Positions 9,464 through 20,114 of a stretch of DNA of 48,019 nt are shown in pieces. The DNA lies in the NCBI GenBank assembly GCA_035262545.1, contig DATFSP010000121.1, forward strand, positions 1-48,019, given 5' to 3'. This DNA is from Rhizomicrobium sp. (lineage in GTDB: Bacteria; Pseudomonadota; Alphaproteobacteria; Micropepsales; Micropepsaceae). How positions within the stretch are numbered: the first letter of the stretch is position 1; each line of letters starts with the position of its first letter. The position numbers and the translations under genes are program-made. Below the pieces are notes generated by a model that was not told the origin of the DNA, did not search any database, and saw only the letters and a list, made by a program, of their open reading frames with translations.

Positions 9464-10047
9464 TCAGGCGCGCTTTCCGCCTACAAAGAGATCTGCGCAC
9501 GTGTCCGCCTCTGCGATCGGCTTCTTTAAGGCGCGCGCGACAAAACCAAACGCGGAAGCGAGGAACAGGGCGGCGTGGGCGAGTGCGCCATCCACCATCG
9601 CCAAGCCAGCCAACGGCAGCGACACCGCGCCCACGATCGCGACAAAACCCGCAAGTTGATCGTTTAAACCGCGCGGAAGACTCGCCGCCAGGATATAGGC
9701 CCCGGCACCACTCTGGCAGATGAGCGCCAGAAGAGGAGTGGCCGTGAGCGACGCCGCAATCCCGCAGCGAAGGCAATCGTCGGCACGGTGGCGGAAAGCC
9801 AGTGAGCTGCACGATCGGCAGAGCCGAGAGCCAGAGCCGCACTCGCAACGCCCGAGATCAGCAGCGCCACGTTGAGCGCAAGGGCGGCCGCCGGGACCAT
9901 TAATGAAGCGGACAGCGCAGCCAGCAGCACGGCGGCAAAACGGAGATGGACACGTGTGCCCACCCGAAATCCCCGCGCCTTCCGCCAACCACACATAGTG
10001 ACGGCGAGCAGCAGCAACCCGCAGAGCGAATCAAAGGAGAAAGCCAT
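9464..10047 (-). pseudogene. Multi-pass membrane protein split by a one-base frameshift (pseudogene or sequencing error)
   Basis: Hydrophobic ORF 10047-9763 continues as a hydrophobic sequence in another frame to 9464; adding one G at 9761-9763 joins them (TIAFAAG-IAASLTA). Confidence 0.62.
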
Positions 10048-10093
10048 GCGTAGCATTATGCGCCCCGCTTGGCTTTTTTTGAATCCGCCCCGC

Positions 10094-12817
10094 CTAGGCG
10101 GCAATCAATTTGCGCAAGACGTAAGGCAAAATCCCGCCGTTCCTGAAGTACGCCACCTCATCGGCGGTAAGGATCATCAAGACCAGGGGCAGCCTTTCGG
10201 TCGAGCCATCGGGGCGATGGATAATGGCTTCGATCCGCATTCGGGGTTTGATCTCGCCGGACAGGTTGGGAATGTCCACCGTCTCGCGCCCGGTAAAGCC
10301 GTAGTCCTTGCGACCCTTGCCCGCCTCGAAACAAAGGGGTGCGACCCCCATGCCAATGAGGTTGGAGCGGTGAATGCGCTCGAAACTTTCGGCGATCACG
10401 GCGCGCACCCCCAAAAGTTTGGGACCCTTGGCTGCCCAGTCGCGCGAGGAGCCGGTGCCATACTCCTTCCCGCCGACCACCACGGTCTCGCAGCCGTCCT
10501 TTTTATAAGCCTCGGCGGCGTCGAAGATTGACATAGACTGCCCTTCGCCATTGACGTCGCGATAATAGATGGTGTTGCCGCCCTCCTTGCCGCCCATCAT
10601 CTCATTCTTGATGCGGATATTGGCGAAGGTGCCGCGCTCCATCACTTCGTGATTGCCGCGGCGCGAGCCATAGGAATTGAAATCCGTCTGGCTCACTTGG
10701 CGCTCCTGCAAATAGATTCCGGCCGGCGAGGTCGCCTTGATATTGCCGGCGGGCGAGATGTGGTCAGTCGTAATGGAATCCCCAAATAAAGCCAGCACGC
10801 GAGCGCCTTGCACGTCTGTGAGGGGCGTTGGCTCGCGTTTCATGCCCTCGAAATAGGGCGGGTTCTTCACATAGGTCGAGCCGATGTCCCATTGATAGGT
10901 CTGGCCCTTGACCAATTTGATCTTTTTCCAATTGGCGTCGCCATTGAAGACGTCGCCGTAGCGCGATTTAAAGCTGGACGCTTTCACTGCCTTCCTGATG
11001 GTCGCGGCAATCTCTTTGAGGCTGGGCCAGATGTCCTTGAGATACACCGGCTCATTCTTCTTGTCGTAGCCCACCGGCTCCTTGGCGAGATCGACATTCA
11101 CTGAACCAGCCAGCGCATAGGCCACCACCAGCATGGGCGACGCCAGATAATTGGCCCGCACCAAGGGATGGACGCGGCCTTCAAAATTGCGGTTTCCGGA
11201 AATCACGGCGGCGGTCACGAGATCGGCGTCGGTGACGGCCTTGGTCACTGGGTCGGGCAATGGTCCGGAATTGCCGATACAGGTAGTGCAACCATATCCC
11301 GCCAAGGTGAAACCTAATTTGTCGAGCGCCCTGTCCAGACCCGCCTTTTTCAGATAGTCGGTGACAACCTGGCTTCCTGGCGCCAGCGATGTCTTGACCC
11401 ATGGCCGCACCTTCAGCCCGCGCTTGATGGCTTTTTGCGCCACCAGCCCAGCGCCGATCATTACGGACGGATTGGAGGTGTTGGTGCAGGAGGTGATTGC
11501 CGCGATCACGACATCGCCATGGCCAATCGAGGCGTCCGAGCCTTCGAGCTTCGCCCTTTTGTTGGCGACACCTTCCTTCTTATAGGTGCTGATCAGATGT
11601 CCCGCGAAATTGGTGGGGACGTCTGAAAGCGCGACGCGGTCTTGCGGCCGCATTGGGCCCGCCATGGAGGGCTCGACGTCGTTCATGTCGAGGGACAGCG
11701 TGTCCGTGAAAACCGGATCGGGACTCTTCTTGGTGCGATAAAGGCCTTGAGCCTTGGTATATTTTTCTACCAGCGCGATGCGCGCATTGGCCCTGGCCGT
11801 GTTCGTGAGATAACGGATGGTTTCGCCATCCACCGGAAAAAAGCCGCAAGTCGCGCCATACTCCGGCGCCATGTTCGCAATGGTGGCGCGGTCCTCCAGC
11901 GCCATTTCATCCAGGCCCGGGCCATAGAATTCGACAAAGCGGCCGACTACCCCCTTCTTGCGCAGCATCTGCGTGACAGTGAGAACCAAGTCCGTGGCGG
12001 TGACACCTTCGCGCAATTTGCCGGTGAGCTTAAAGCCAACGATTTCGGGAATCAGCATGGAGATGGGCTGGCCCAGCATCGCCGCTTCCGCCTCGATGCC
12101 GCCCACGCCCCAACCCAGTACCGCCAATCCATTGATCATGGTCGTATGGCTGTCGGTGCCGACCACCGTATCGGGAAACGCGAACTCAACATTCTTGCTT
12201 CCCTCTTTCGCTTTGCGGGCCCACACCGTCTGGGCAAGATATTCCAGATTGACCTGATGACAGATGCCGGTGCCGGGCGGCACCACGCGGAAATTGGCGA
12301 ACGCCTGCTGGCCCCAACGCAGGAAGGCGTAACGCTCCTTGTTGCGCTCATACTCGATGACCACATTCTTCTTGAAGGAATCTCGGCCGCCGAAATTGTC
12401 CACCATCACGCTATGGTCGATCACCAGATCGACTTCGGCCAACGGATTGATCTTTTCAGGCTCTCCGCCCAGTGTCTTCATGGCGTCGCGCATCGCAGCC
12501 AGATCCACAACCGCCGGCACGCCGGTCAGATCCTGCATCAGGACCCGCGCGGGACGGAAAGCGATCTCGCGGTCGGAAGTCCTGGTCTTGAGCCAGGCAT
12601 GCATGGCCCTTATGTCGTCTGCTTTGACGGTACGGCCGTCCTCATGGCGCAGCAGATTTTCGAGCAGGACCTTCATGGAGTAGGGCAGCTTGGAAATCCC
12701 CTTGAGACCGTTTTTTTCCGCATGCGGCAGACTGAAATAAACATAGGTCTTGCTGCCCACTTTCAGCGTGCGGCGGCATTTGAAACTGTCGGGATGGCTC
12801 ACGGTCTCTTTTTTCAC
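10094..12817 (-). CDS. acnA: Aconitate hydratase A
   Basis: PARVLMQDLTGVPAVVDLA, DSHTTM, ITSCTNTSNP, GCTTCIGNSG, SGNRNFEGR, TTDHISPAG, GSSRDWAAKG; GTG after AGGGAG. Confidence 0.97.
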   Translation of the reverse strand: MKKETVSHPDSFKCRRTLKVGSKTYVYFSLPHAEKNGLKGISKLPYSMKVLLENLLRHEDGRTVKADDIRAMHAWLKTRTSDREIAFRPARVLMQDLTGVPAVVDLAAMRDAMKTLGGEPEKINPLAEVDLVIDHSVMVDNFGGRDSFKKNVVIEYERNKERYAFLRWGQQAFANFRVVPPGTGICHQVNLEYLAQTVWARKAKEGSKNVEFAFPDTVVGTDSHTTMINGLAVLGWGVGGIEAEAAMLGQPISMLIPEIVGFKLTGKLREGVTATDLVLTVTQMLRKKGVVGRFVEFYGPGLDEMALEDRATIANMAPEYGATCGFFPVDGETIRYLTNTARANARIALVEKYTKAQGLYRTKKSPDPVFTDTLSLDMNDVEPSMAGPMRPQDRVALSDVPTNFAGHLISTYKKEGVANKRAKLEGSDASIGHGDVVIAAITSCTNTSNPSVMIGAGLVAQKAIKRGLKVRPWVKTSLAPGSQVVTDYLKKAGLDRALDKLGFTLAGYGCTTCIGNSGPLPDPVTKAVTDADLVTAAVISGNRNFEGRVHPLVRANYLASPMLVVAYALAGSVNVDLAKEPVGYDKKNEPVYLKDIWPSLKEIAATIRKAVKASSFKSRYGDVFNGDANWKKIKLVKGQTYQWDIGSTYVKNPPYFEGMKREPTPLTDVQGARVLALFGDSITTDHISPAGNIKATSPAGIYLQERQVSQTDFNSYGSRRGNHEVMERGTFANIRIKNEMMGGKEGGNTIYYRDVNGEGQSMSIFDAAEAYKKDGCETVVVGGKEYGTGSSRDWAAKGPKLLGVRAVIAESFERIHRSNLIGMGVAPLCFEAGKGRKDYGFTGRETVDIPNLSGEIKPRMRIEAIIHRPDGSTERLPLVLMILTADEVAYFRNGGILPYVLRKLIAA

Positions 12818-12982
12818 GGAATGCTCCCTTTTGGCGGGCTTTGGCAGGCGCCGGATTTAGTCAAAATCGCCGCGAAAAGATAGCGGTTTTGCGGTCATTG
12901 CGGCCGATCCAGGCTTAAAATCGCCCGATTCGAGCGCCATCGTGGGTAGTGGGGATGGAGTGGGCCGGGGCCAAAGAAAGTT

Positions 12983-13753
12983 ATGAAAGCGCGCACGGTT
13001 CTCATTCCGCTTTGCCTTGTTTTTTTGGGCTCCGGGCAAACCGTCGCACAAGAACCGGCAGACCCGATGGCCGCCAGGCTGTCAGCCGAGAAAGTCAGCG
13101 ATGTCACGGCTGGCAGCTATAGCGCAGCAGACAACATCAATTTCACCCTGCTTCCATATGGCGAAAAATACTTGTTGCGCTTTGACGGCAGCCCCGAGAA
13201 CTTCGTTCTTTACGGCGACCGGGTGGCGCTGGGCGGGCGTGAACTCAAATATGACACTGGTGCACTGGCGCTGAAGATTTCCGTATGGGGCGGGATCACT
13301 CTTTACACTCAGGACGCGCCCGGTGGCCTGCCGGCCACCCGCACGGGAGATGCCACAGTCCCTACTAAGCTCAACGTTCCGCTCACCAGTCTCACCGCCG
13401 CGCTGGCCGACGAAGAAAGCCATCTCGCCTACACCCAGCGTCTGAAGCTGCGTTTTTCAGCGGACGCGGCGATCCTCAGTGGCAGCGACGAAGCCCGGGC
13501 CTATGGTTTCGATACGCTGGTGAATACGGCGATGGGCATCGAACGCATCATAGGCACCCCGGCAGGCCGCGCGGCCTTCACGAGTCGTTTCGATTCCGTG
13601 CGCATTGTCGAAGGCGATAAACCCACCATCGCGATTTCCGGCCGTACCCTGCTGGTAAGCTTTGTGCCATCCGCCGGTGCAGCCGGCCGCGCCTCTTCCC
13701 GCGCCATCGCATACGCGCTGGGTAAGATGTTATCCTTGCAAGAGCCAGCTTGA
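12983..13753 (+). CDS. Exported protein, DUF4908-like
   Basis: Signal peptide; LLRFDGSPE, ALGG..LKYDTG...LKIS.WGGITLYT..APGGLPA resembles DUF4908 proteins (recognition by eye). Confidence 0.62.
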   Translation: MKARTVLIPLCLVFLGSGQTVAQEPADPMAARLSAEKVSDVTAGSYSAADNINFTLLPYGEKYLLRFDGSPENFVLYGDRVALGGRELKYDTGALALKISVWGGITLYTQDAPGGLPATRTGDATVPTKLNVPLTSLTAALADEESHLAYTQRLKLRFSADAAILSGSDEARAYGFDTLVNTAMGIERIIGTPAGRAAFTSRFDSVRIVEGDKPTIAISGRTLLVSFVPSAGAAGRASSRAIAYALGKMLSLQEPA

Positions 13754-13769
13754 CTTGATTAGCCCTCCG

Positions 13770-14369
13770 TCAATTTTGTTGCGCCGTCCTGTCACGACCA
13801 AGATCTGGCAGTTTCGCGCCGCGCTTGATCAGAATCGCCATTCCCGCCGCGACCGAGCGCGCGTCGCATAAAGCGTCATGCTCGCGGCCTTCGAATGGCA
13901 CGCCCAATTTTGGTCCGATGTCACAAGAGTGGAGGCCAGTGGGATCGACGCCGTGATTCGCGAACCAGCCCCTCAGCTCGAGGAAAGGCGGAAGCGGCGG
14001 CATCTCTTTCAGGCCATAAAGACGGATATTTTCTTCCAGCACCCATTCGTCGTGACCGAAGGATGCGATCGCGCCATCGCCGGCGAATTCCACGAAACGG
14101 CGATAGGCCGTCGCAAAATCGATGCCATCCTTCGCCAAGCGCATATTGGTGATGCCAGTAAGACACTCGAAATAACCGGAAAGCAGGCCGTTGACGCGTG
14201 GCATCACCAAGCAATGGAAACTTGCGGCGACCGTGAAATTCTCTTTGTCCAGACGGACAGCACCGATCTGCACGATTTCCTTGTATTGACCGGGAGCGAG
14301 CCACCGTCCCGCCAAGGAATCTTCCCAGGCTGTAAATTCCAGATCGAAAACTATCAGGTCGCGCGTCAT
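13770..14369 (-). CDS. DEDDh 3'-5' exonuclease (KapD/ERI-1-like)
   Basis: ExoI IVFDLEFT, EIVQIGAV, LTGIT, ExoII SFGHD, ExoIII HDALCDA. Confidence 0.85.
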   Translation of the reverse strand: MTRDLIVFDLEFTAWEDSLAGRWLAPGQYKEIVQIGAVRLDKENFTVAASFHCLVMPRVNGLLSGYFECLTGITNMRLAKDGIDFATAYRRFVEFAGDGAIASFGHDEWVLEENIRLYGLKEMPPLPPFLELRGWFANHGVDPTGLHSCDIGPKLGVPFEGREHDALCDARSVAAGMAILIKRGAKLPDLGRDRTAQQN

Positions 14370-14402
14370 GGGTTGGTGTGAATCGCTGCTGGCTTGAGCT
14401 TA

Positions 14403-14418
14403 TTAATGCCTTGTTAAC
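14403..14418. promoter_or_regulatory. CtrA binding box
   Basis: TTAA-tgccttg-TTAAC is an exact TTAA-N7-TTAAC match in a short divergent intergenic region of a GC-rich genome. Confidence 0.72.
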
Positions 14419-14469
14419 CAAGCTCGTCGAGCCTTGAAAAGGCCTTTGATTCCCCGGAGCTGGTGGGCG

Positions 14470-15108
14470 ATGGCGCTTACGGACCAGGATAAGTATCATG
14501 CGCTTATGGCCAGCCTGCCACTGGATGCGCTCGATCGCCTTGCTCTGCTCCATCGTGAGACGCGCCAGACCACCCACTTGGCGCGGTTCCTGGCGTCTTC
14601 GGTCCATGCCGCCTTCCTCTTCATGCTGATGACTGTCCTGGCGTTTCTTCTGGCGAGAACTGAATCCATCGGACGCGATTTCTCTTGGGCGGTGTTGATC
14701 CTTGCCGGAGTTCTGGCCATTTTGCAGTGCCATGTCCGCGCCCATGCCGCTCTTTTTTCCGAGGCGCCGACGTCCGCGGCAAAAGAGCTGCGCGTGGTGT
14801 TTCTATATATGGGCCTTGCGTGGGGCGCGGGTGCCTTCCTTGTCCTGCCCGCCGATTCAGGGATCCTGGCGGTCCTTCTTTTCACGGCCCTACCCGGCCT
14901 CACGCTGGCGTTTCTTCTTGCCGACACCACGAGCTTCACTCTTTTCCTGGTTCCTTCGGGCCTGATGGTGATCGGCGCGGCGCTGATCCGAAGCTTCCCT
15001 TACGCCATGCTAGAGATGAGCTTGATTTTGATCCTCCAATGGGGATTGTTCACGGGTGCTGTTATGCGTAAGCGCGAGCCCGATCCTACCTTTTTTCCCA
15101 AAGGCTGA
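14470..15108 (+). CDS. Hypothetical multi-pass membrane protein (about 6 TM)
   Basis: Long ORF with repeated hydrophobic segments (YMGLAWGAGAFLVLP etc.); start uncertain (ATG 14470 or TTG 14434). Confidence 0.72.
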   Translation: MALTDQDKYHALMASLPLDALDRLALLHRETRQTTHLARFLASSVHAAFLFMLMTVLAFLLARTESIGRDFSWAVLILAGVLAILQCHVRAHAALFSEAPTSAAKELRVVFLYMGLAWGAGAFLVLPADSGILAVLLFTALPGLTLAFLLADTTSFTLFLVPSGLMVIGAALIRSFPYAMLEMSLILILQWGLFTGAVMRKREPDPTFFPKG

Positions 15109-15215
15109 TGCGCGTCCCGAGGCCGTCAAGTTGCCGGAATTTTCTGGCAGCATCCCTGTCGCGGAAGCACAATGACGGCCCACTATCCTTCTCCCAAGCC
15201 CAGTGAGAATGCCCC

Positions 15216-18200
15216 ATGACCGTTCACGATCTCCATCATTCCGAAGATGAAATGGCTAGCGGACTCCTTGCCGATGCCCGAGCGCTTCTGAAAAAGGATG
15301 GCGAGTGGAAATTTTTCGACGCGCTGTTTTCGGGCGCGGCCAGCGAGGACGTCACCCGCAACAATGCGACCGGGCTGGCTGCGCTGGCCCGAATGGCGCT
15401 TGCCGAGGCTGAGCGGCACGAACCGGGCAGGATCGAAGTGAGCTTGCGCCAGGGCGAAAATGCCCAGGATCCGGAATGCATCGTTATTGCCGTCAATGAC
15501 GACAGACCTTTCCTGTTCGATACGGCGTTGGCCGCCGCCGTTGCTTCGGGCGCGCGCATCCGCGCCGCCTTCCATCCCATTGTGGAAATGAGTGGCAAGA
15601 ATCTCAGCGTGATCGTGCTGGTCGTGGATGCCAGCCTGAACGAAAGCATGGCCAAGACGTTGATCGAGAATCTCAATTCCAGCTTGACCCAGGGTCGCGA
15701 CGCGGTCAGGGACTGGAAAGCGATGATGGACCGGCTCAAGGAAGCACGCGATGGCCTAGCCGCCCATCCGCCCAAAGGCGACGACGATACCAGCGAAGAT
15801 TTAGCCTTTCTCGATTGGTTGGGCGACAATCATTTCACATTCTTGGGCGCGCGTGATTACGCGCTGCATCCCGACGGCGAGTTTGGGAGGCTGGATCCAG
15901 TGCCCGGTAGCGGCTTGGGGGCGCTATCCGACGAGGCTGCGCGCGTAGTCCGGCAGAGCGCGGAACGACCCGCCTTGACTGCAGAGGCGCGTACCTATCT
16001 CGATCAGCCCGAGCCGCTGATCGTCACCAAGTCCAACGCCCGCAGCCTGGTGCATCGCCGCGCCCATATGGACTATGTGGGAGTCAAGACCTTTGACGCC
16101 GAGGGCCACTTCAACGGCGAGCGTCGCTTTGTCGGCCTCTTCACTTCGAGCGCCTATAGCCTGTCCACGCGCGACATGCCCCTGTTGCGCACGAAATGCG
16201 CCGCGGTGATGAAGCGTGCAGGATTTGCGCCCGCCAGTCACGACGGAAAGGCGTTAGCCCATATACTCGATACATTTCCCCGCGATGAGCTTTTTCAAAT
16301 TTCCGAAGATGAATTGTTCGAAACCTCGATGGGAATCCTGCGACTGGGCGGGCGCCCCAAGGTCAAGCTCTTCCTGCGGTTCGACCGCTTCGACCGTTTC
16401 GTCTCGGCTTTGGTATTCGCACCGCGCGATCATGTCACCGCGGGCCTCAGAGAGAAAATTCATGCGATCCTGGCCCGGGCCCTGGACGGGCGGATGTCGG
16501 CGGCCATTCCCGCAATCGACGATGAAAGCACTCTGGTGCGCATCCACTACATCATCGGCCGCAATCTGGGCCCCCGGCCCCGTGTCGATATCCGCGGGCT
16601 GGAACAGCAGATAGCCAACGCCATCAAGACCTGGGACGATGCTTTCCTGGAAGCCTTGTCGGCCCGCCATGGCCGGGCCGAAGGCCTGCGCCGACTCAAT
16701 GCCCGAGGAGCCCAATTCACCGCCGGCTATCGCGGCGTTTTCTCGCCGGCAGAAGCGGCAGCCGATCTGGATATATTGGAAAACCTGGCTAGCCGCCAAA
16801 GCGAGCTCAAAGTCGAAGCGCGCGCCTATCGCGAGGCCAATGACGCGCACAGCGCGCTTCGCCTCAAACTTTACGTGCTGGGCGAAGTGCTGCCCCTTTC
16901 GGTGTCGCTGCCGATCTTCGAGAATTTGGGTTTAAAGGTGATCGCCGAAGATGCCTACGCAGTCCACTTCAAACGCGATGACGGATGGACGGAAGAAGCC
17001 GCCGTCCTGGATTTCCAAATGGAGCGCGCCGATGGCGAAGCTGCCGGCCTGGAGGACATCAAGAACCCGCTGCAGAACGTGTTTCACGCAGTCCTGGGCG
17101 GCACGGCGGAAAGCGACGGATTCAATCGGCTGGTGATCGCGGCGGGGCTCGATTGGCGTGATGTGGTGATCCTGCGCATGGTTGCGAAATTCCTGCGCCA
17201 AGCCGCCTTCCCTTTCAGTCAGGATTACATGGAACAGGCGCTCGCTCGCAATCCGGAGATTGCTGCGCTTCTCACGGGGCTTTTCCACGCCCGGCTGGAT
17301 CCAGAGTCACATGCTGAAGCGGACGCCATGAGGCTGGCCGAATCCATCGAAACTGCGCTGAGGGAAGTACCCAGCCTGGATGACGACCGAATCATCCGCC
17401 GTTTCCGCAATGTGATCGCGAATATCATGCGCACCAATTATTATCAGGAGGGGGCCAGCGCGATCGCGATCAAACTTGATTCAGGAAAGCTCGACGAGCT
17501 TCCTGCGCCCAGGCCCTGGCGCGAGATTTTCGTCTATTCGCCGCAAATGGAAGGCGTGCATCTGCGTTTCGGCAAAGTGGCGCGCGGCGGCATCCGCTGG
17601 TCGGATCGCAGGGAGGATTTCCGCACCGAGATTCTAGGTCTGGTGAAGGCGCAGCAGGTTAAGAATGCGGTGATTGTCCCGGTGGGCGCCAAGGGCGGCT
17701 TCTTCCCCAAGACCATGGCCGCCAATCCCACCCGCGATCAGTTCATGAGCGTCGGCGTGGCCGCCTACAAGATGCTGATCAACGCTCTGCTCGACGTAAC
17801 CGACAATCTCAAGCCGGACGGCCAGGTGGTGCCGCCGCCCAAAGTCGTGCGCCACGACGAAGACGATCCCTATCTGGTGGTCGCCGCCGACAAAGGCACC
17901 GCAACCTTCTCCGACATCGCGAACGGCATCGCGGAGGACCGCGGCTTCTGGCTGGGCGACGCCTTCGCCAGTGGAGGCAGCCATGGTTACGATCACAAGA
18001 AGATGGGCATCACCGCGCGCGGCGCCTGGGAGGCAGTCAAGCGCCATTTCCGCGAGATGGGCCGCGATATCCAGAATGAAGACTTGACCGTAGTGGGCGT
18101 GGGCGACATGTCCGGTGACGTGTTCGGCAATGGCATGCTGTTGTCGAGGCACATCAAGCTGGTAGCGGCGTTCGATCACCGCCACATCTTTCTCGACCCC

Positions 18201-19991
18201 AATCCTGATGTGACCAAGAGCTTTATTGAACGCAAGCGCATGTTCGACCTGCCCCGTTCCAGCTGGGACGATTATAATCGCGATATGCTGGGGGCGGGTG
18301 GCGGCATCTTCGCCCGAAGCTTGAAGGAAATTCCCCTCACGCCGGAGGTTCAGGCGCTGATCGGAACCAAAGACGCCAAACTTTCGCCCATGGCGCTGAT
18401 CACGGCGCTTATTAAGGCGAAAGCGGACCTTTTGTGGTTCGGCGGCATCGGCACCTTCGTCAAGGCCGCTTCCCAATCCAATCTCGAAGTGGGCGACCGC
18501 GCCAATGACGCAGTGCGCATCAACGGGACTGAGGTGGGCGCCAAAGTGGTAGGGGAAGGCGCCAATCTGGGAGTGACCCAATTGGGCCGCATCGAATATG
18601 CCCGCGCCGGAGGCCGCATCGACACCGATGCGGTTGACAATTCCGCCGGCGTGGACACGTCGGACCATGAAGTGAATCTGAAGATTTTGCTTTCGGGCCC
18701 CTATCGCCGGGGTGAGATCGACGGACCCCGGCGCGACGCAATTCTGGCGGGCATGACCGACGAGATCGCAAGCTTGGTGCTCGCCGACAATTATGACCAG
18801 ACGCTGGCCCTGTCGGTGGCCGAAGCGGCGGCGCCGCGCGATATTGACGCCGGGGCACGTTACATGCGCGTTTTGGAAGCCGAGGGGAAGCTTGACCGTG
18901 CGGTCGAATTCTTGCCCGGCGACGCCGACATTCAGAAGCTGGAAAATGACAAGAAAGGCTTCACCCGGCCGGAGCTGGCGGTCTTGATGGCCTATGCGAA
19001 GCTGGATCTTGATGCGGAAATTTTGGAGAGCAGACTCCCCGACGATTCCGCTTTCGCCTCCACGCTCGCCGCTTATTTCCCCAAACAAGCCGCAACGAGT
19101 TTCGCCGCTGAGCTTCCTCAACACCGCCTGAAGCGCGAAATCATTTCCACGACCCTCGCCAATCGCATCGTCAATCTGGCGGGACCAGTCTATGTCGCCC
19201 GGATGAAGGAAATGTCGGGGGCGAGCGGCGCAGAAGTGGCGCGCGCCTTTGCCATGGCCGAAGGTGCGTTTGGACTCGAAGCGCTCAAAAGCCGGATCGA
19301 CGCCTTGGACGGCAAGACCGCGGCGCAGGCGCAAATCGCGCTCTACACCGAGATTGCAGAGATTTTGCGGCGCCTGGGCTTGTGGTTCTTGAGCCACGTC
19401 TCGGCCAAGGAAGATCTCGCCTCGTGCATCGCACTCTATCGCACGGGCATCGAGACGTTGCGTGCGGGCCATAGCCAATTTATTTCAGCCGAGCAGAAGA
19501 GCGAATTGGAGGCTCGCATAGCCCGCCTCGCCGCTCCCGGCGTGCCGGACGAGTTGTCGCGCGATATCGCGCTTTTGCCACTTCTGGGAGTTGCGCCCGA
19601 GATCGCCCAGCTGGCGCGAGCCACGTCGCACAATACCGCGACCGTGGCCGCGCTCTATTTCGGCGTGGGGGCGAAATTGGGGCTGGACCGGCTCCGTTTG
19701 CTGGCGGCACGAATTGCGGCGTCAGAACATTGGGACCGGTTGGCAATCAGAAGGTTGGTGGACGATCTCTTCGCCGCCCAGCGGGCCCTGTCGCAAAATC
19801 TCGTGGCGAAGCTCACCGGCGCGGCGACGCCCCAGGATGCCCTGGATGCGCTTCAGAATTGGGCAACGTCGCAGGCCGACGCCTTGGATCGCACGAAGGG
19901 TTTCCTCGCGGCGCTCGAGACTACGGGTGAAATTTCCATCGCCAAGCTGACGCTCGCCAACAGTCAGATTCACAAGCTGGCCGATATCTAA
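15216..19991 (+). CDS. gdhB: Large NAD-specific glutamate dehydrogenase (GdhB/GdhZ type)
   Basis: 1591 aa; EGVHLRFGKVARGGIRWSDRREDFRTE, KNAVIVPVGAKGGF, YLVVAADKGTATFSD, GVGDMSGDVFGNG, EGANLG, DNSAGVDTSDHEVN. Confidence 0.96.
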   Translation: MTVHDLHHSEDEMASGLLADARALLKKDGEWKFFDALFSGAASEDVTRNNATGLAALARMALAEAERHEPGRIEVSLRQGENAQDPECIVIAVNDDRPFLFDTALAAAVASGARIRAAFHPIVEMSGKNLSVIVLVVDASLNESMAKTLIENLNSSLTQGRDAVRDWKAMMDRLKEARDGLAAHPPKGDDDTSEDLAFLDWLGDNHFTFLGARDYALHPDGEFGRLDPVPGSGLGALSDEAARVVRQSAERPALTAEARTYLDQPEPLIVTKSNARSLVHRRAHMDYVGVKTFDAEGHFNGERRFVGLFTSSAYSLSTRDMPLLRTKCAAVMKRAGFAPASHDGKALAHILDTFPRDELFQISEDELFETSMGILRLGGRPKVKLFLRFDRFDRFVSALVFAPRDHVTAGLREKIHAILARALDGRMSAAIPAIDDESTLVRIHYIIGRNLGPRPRVDIRGLEQQIANAIKTWDDAFLEALSARHGRAEGLRRLNARGAQFTAGYRGVFSPAEAAADLDILENLASRQSELKVEARAYREANDAHSALRLKLYVLGEVLPLSVSLPIFENLGLKVIAEDAYAVHFKRDDGWTEEAAVLDFQMERADGEAAGLEDIKNPLQNVFHAVLGGTAESDGFNRLVIAAGLDWRDVVILRMVAKFLRQAAFPFSQDYMEQALARNPEIAALLTGLFHARLDPESHAEADAMRLAESIETALREVPSLDDDRIIRRFRNVIANIMRTNYYQEGASAIAIKLDSGKLDELPAPRPWREIFVYSPQMEGVHLRFGKVARGGIRWSDRREDFRTEILGLVKAQQVKNAVIVPVGAKGGFFPKTMAANPTRDQFMSVGVAAYKMLINALLDVTDNLKPDGQVVPPPKVVRHDEDDPYLVVAADKGTATFSDIANGIAEDRGFWLGDAFASGGSHGYDHKKMGITARGAWEAVKRHFREMGRDIQNEDLTVVGVGDMSGDVFGNGMLLSRHIKLVAAFDHRHIFLDPNPDVTKSFIERKRMFDLPRSSWDDYNRDMLGAGGGIFARSLKEIPLTPEVQALIGTKDAKLSPMALITALIKAKADLLWFGGIGTFVKAASQSNLEVGDRANDAVRINGTEVGAKVVGEGANLGVTQLGRIEYARAGGRIDTDAVDNSAGVDTSDHEVNLKILLSGPYRRGEIDGPRRDAILAGMTDEIASLVLADNYDQTLALSVAEAAAPRDIDAGARYMRVLEAEGKLDRAVEFLPGDADIQKLENDKKGFTRPELAVLMAYAKLDLDAEILESRLPDDSAFASTLAAYFPKQAATSFAAELPQHRLKREIISTTLANRIVNLAGPVYVARMKEMSGASGAEVARAFAMAEGAFGLEALKSRIDALDGKTAAQAQIALYTEIAEILRRLGLWFLSHVSAKEDLASCIALYRTGIETLRAGHSQFISAEQKSELEARIARLAAPGVPDELSRDIALLPLLGVAPEIAQLARATSHNTATVAALYFGVGAKLGLDRLRLLAARIAASEHWDRLAIRRLVDDLFAAQRALSQNLVAKLTGAATPQDALDALQNWATSQADALDRTKGFLAALETTGEISIAKLTLANSQIHKLADI

Positions 19992-20114
19992 AAGGGCTCG
20001 GTGCATTTATTGCCCCGTCTGTGTGCCGAGCGGGCAGACCTGCAAGCGCACATCTTCCCCCGCAATTTCTTCTCCATGCGAGGGAAGAAAACCGGCGCCA
20101 AAACGCTCCCGAAA

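Noticed and set aside
15121-15180. Structured gdhB leader (GGCCGTCA...TGACGGCC)
   Set aside because: Short stems expected at this GC content; no terminator or SD-switch logic visible.
17634-19478. Long antisense ORFs (614 aa here; also 2731-4017, 4321-5583, 7851-9218, 11642-12883, 28501-29937, 32170-33486, 44185-45396)
   Set aside because: They mirror well-conserved genes, as expected from GC-rich codon bias, and show no recognisable motifs.
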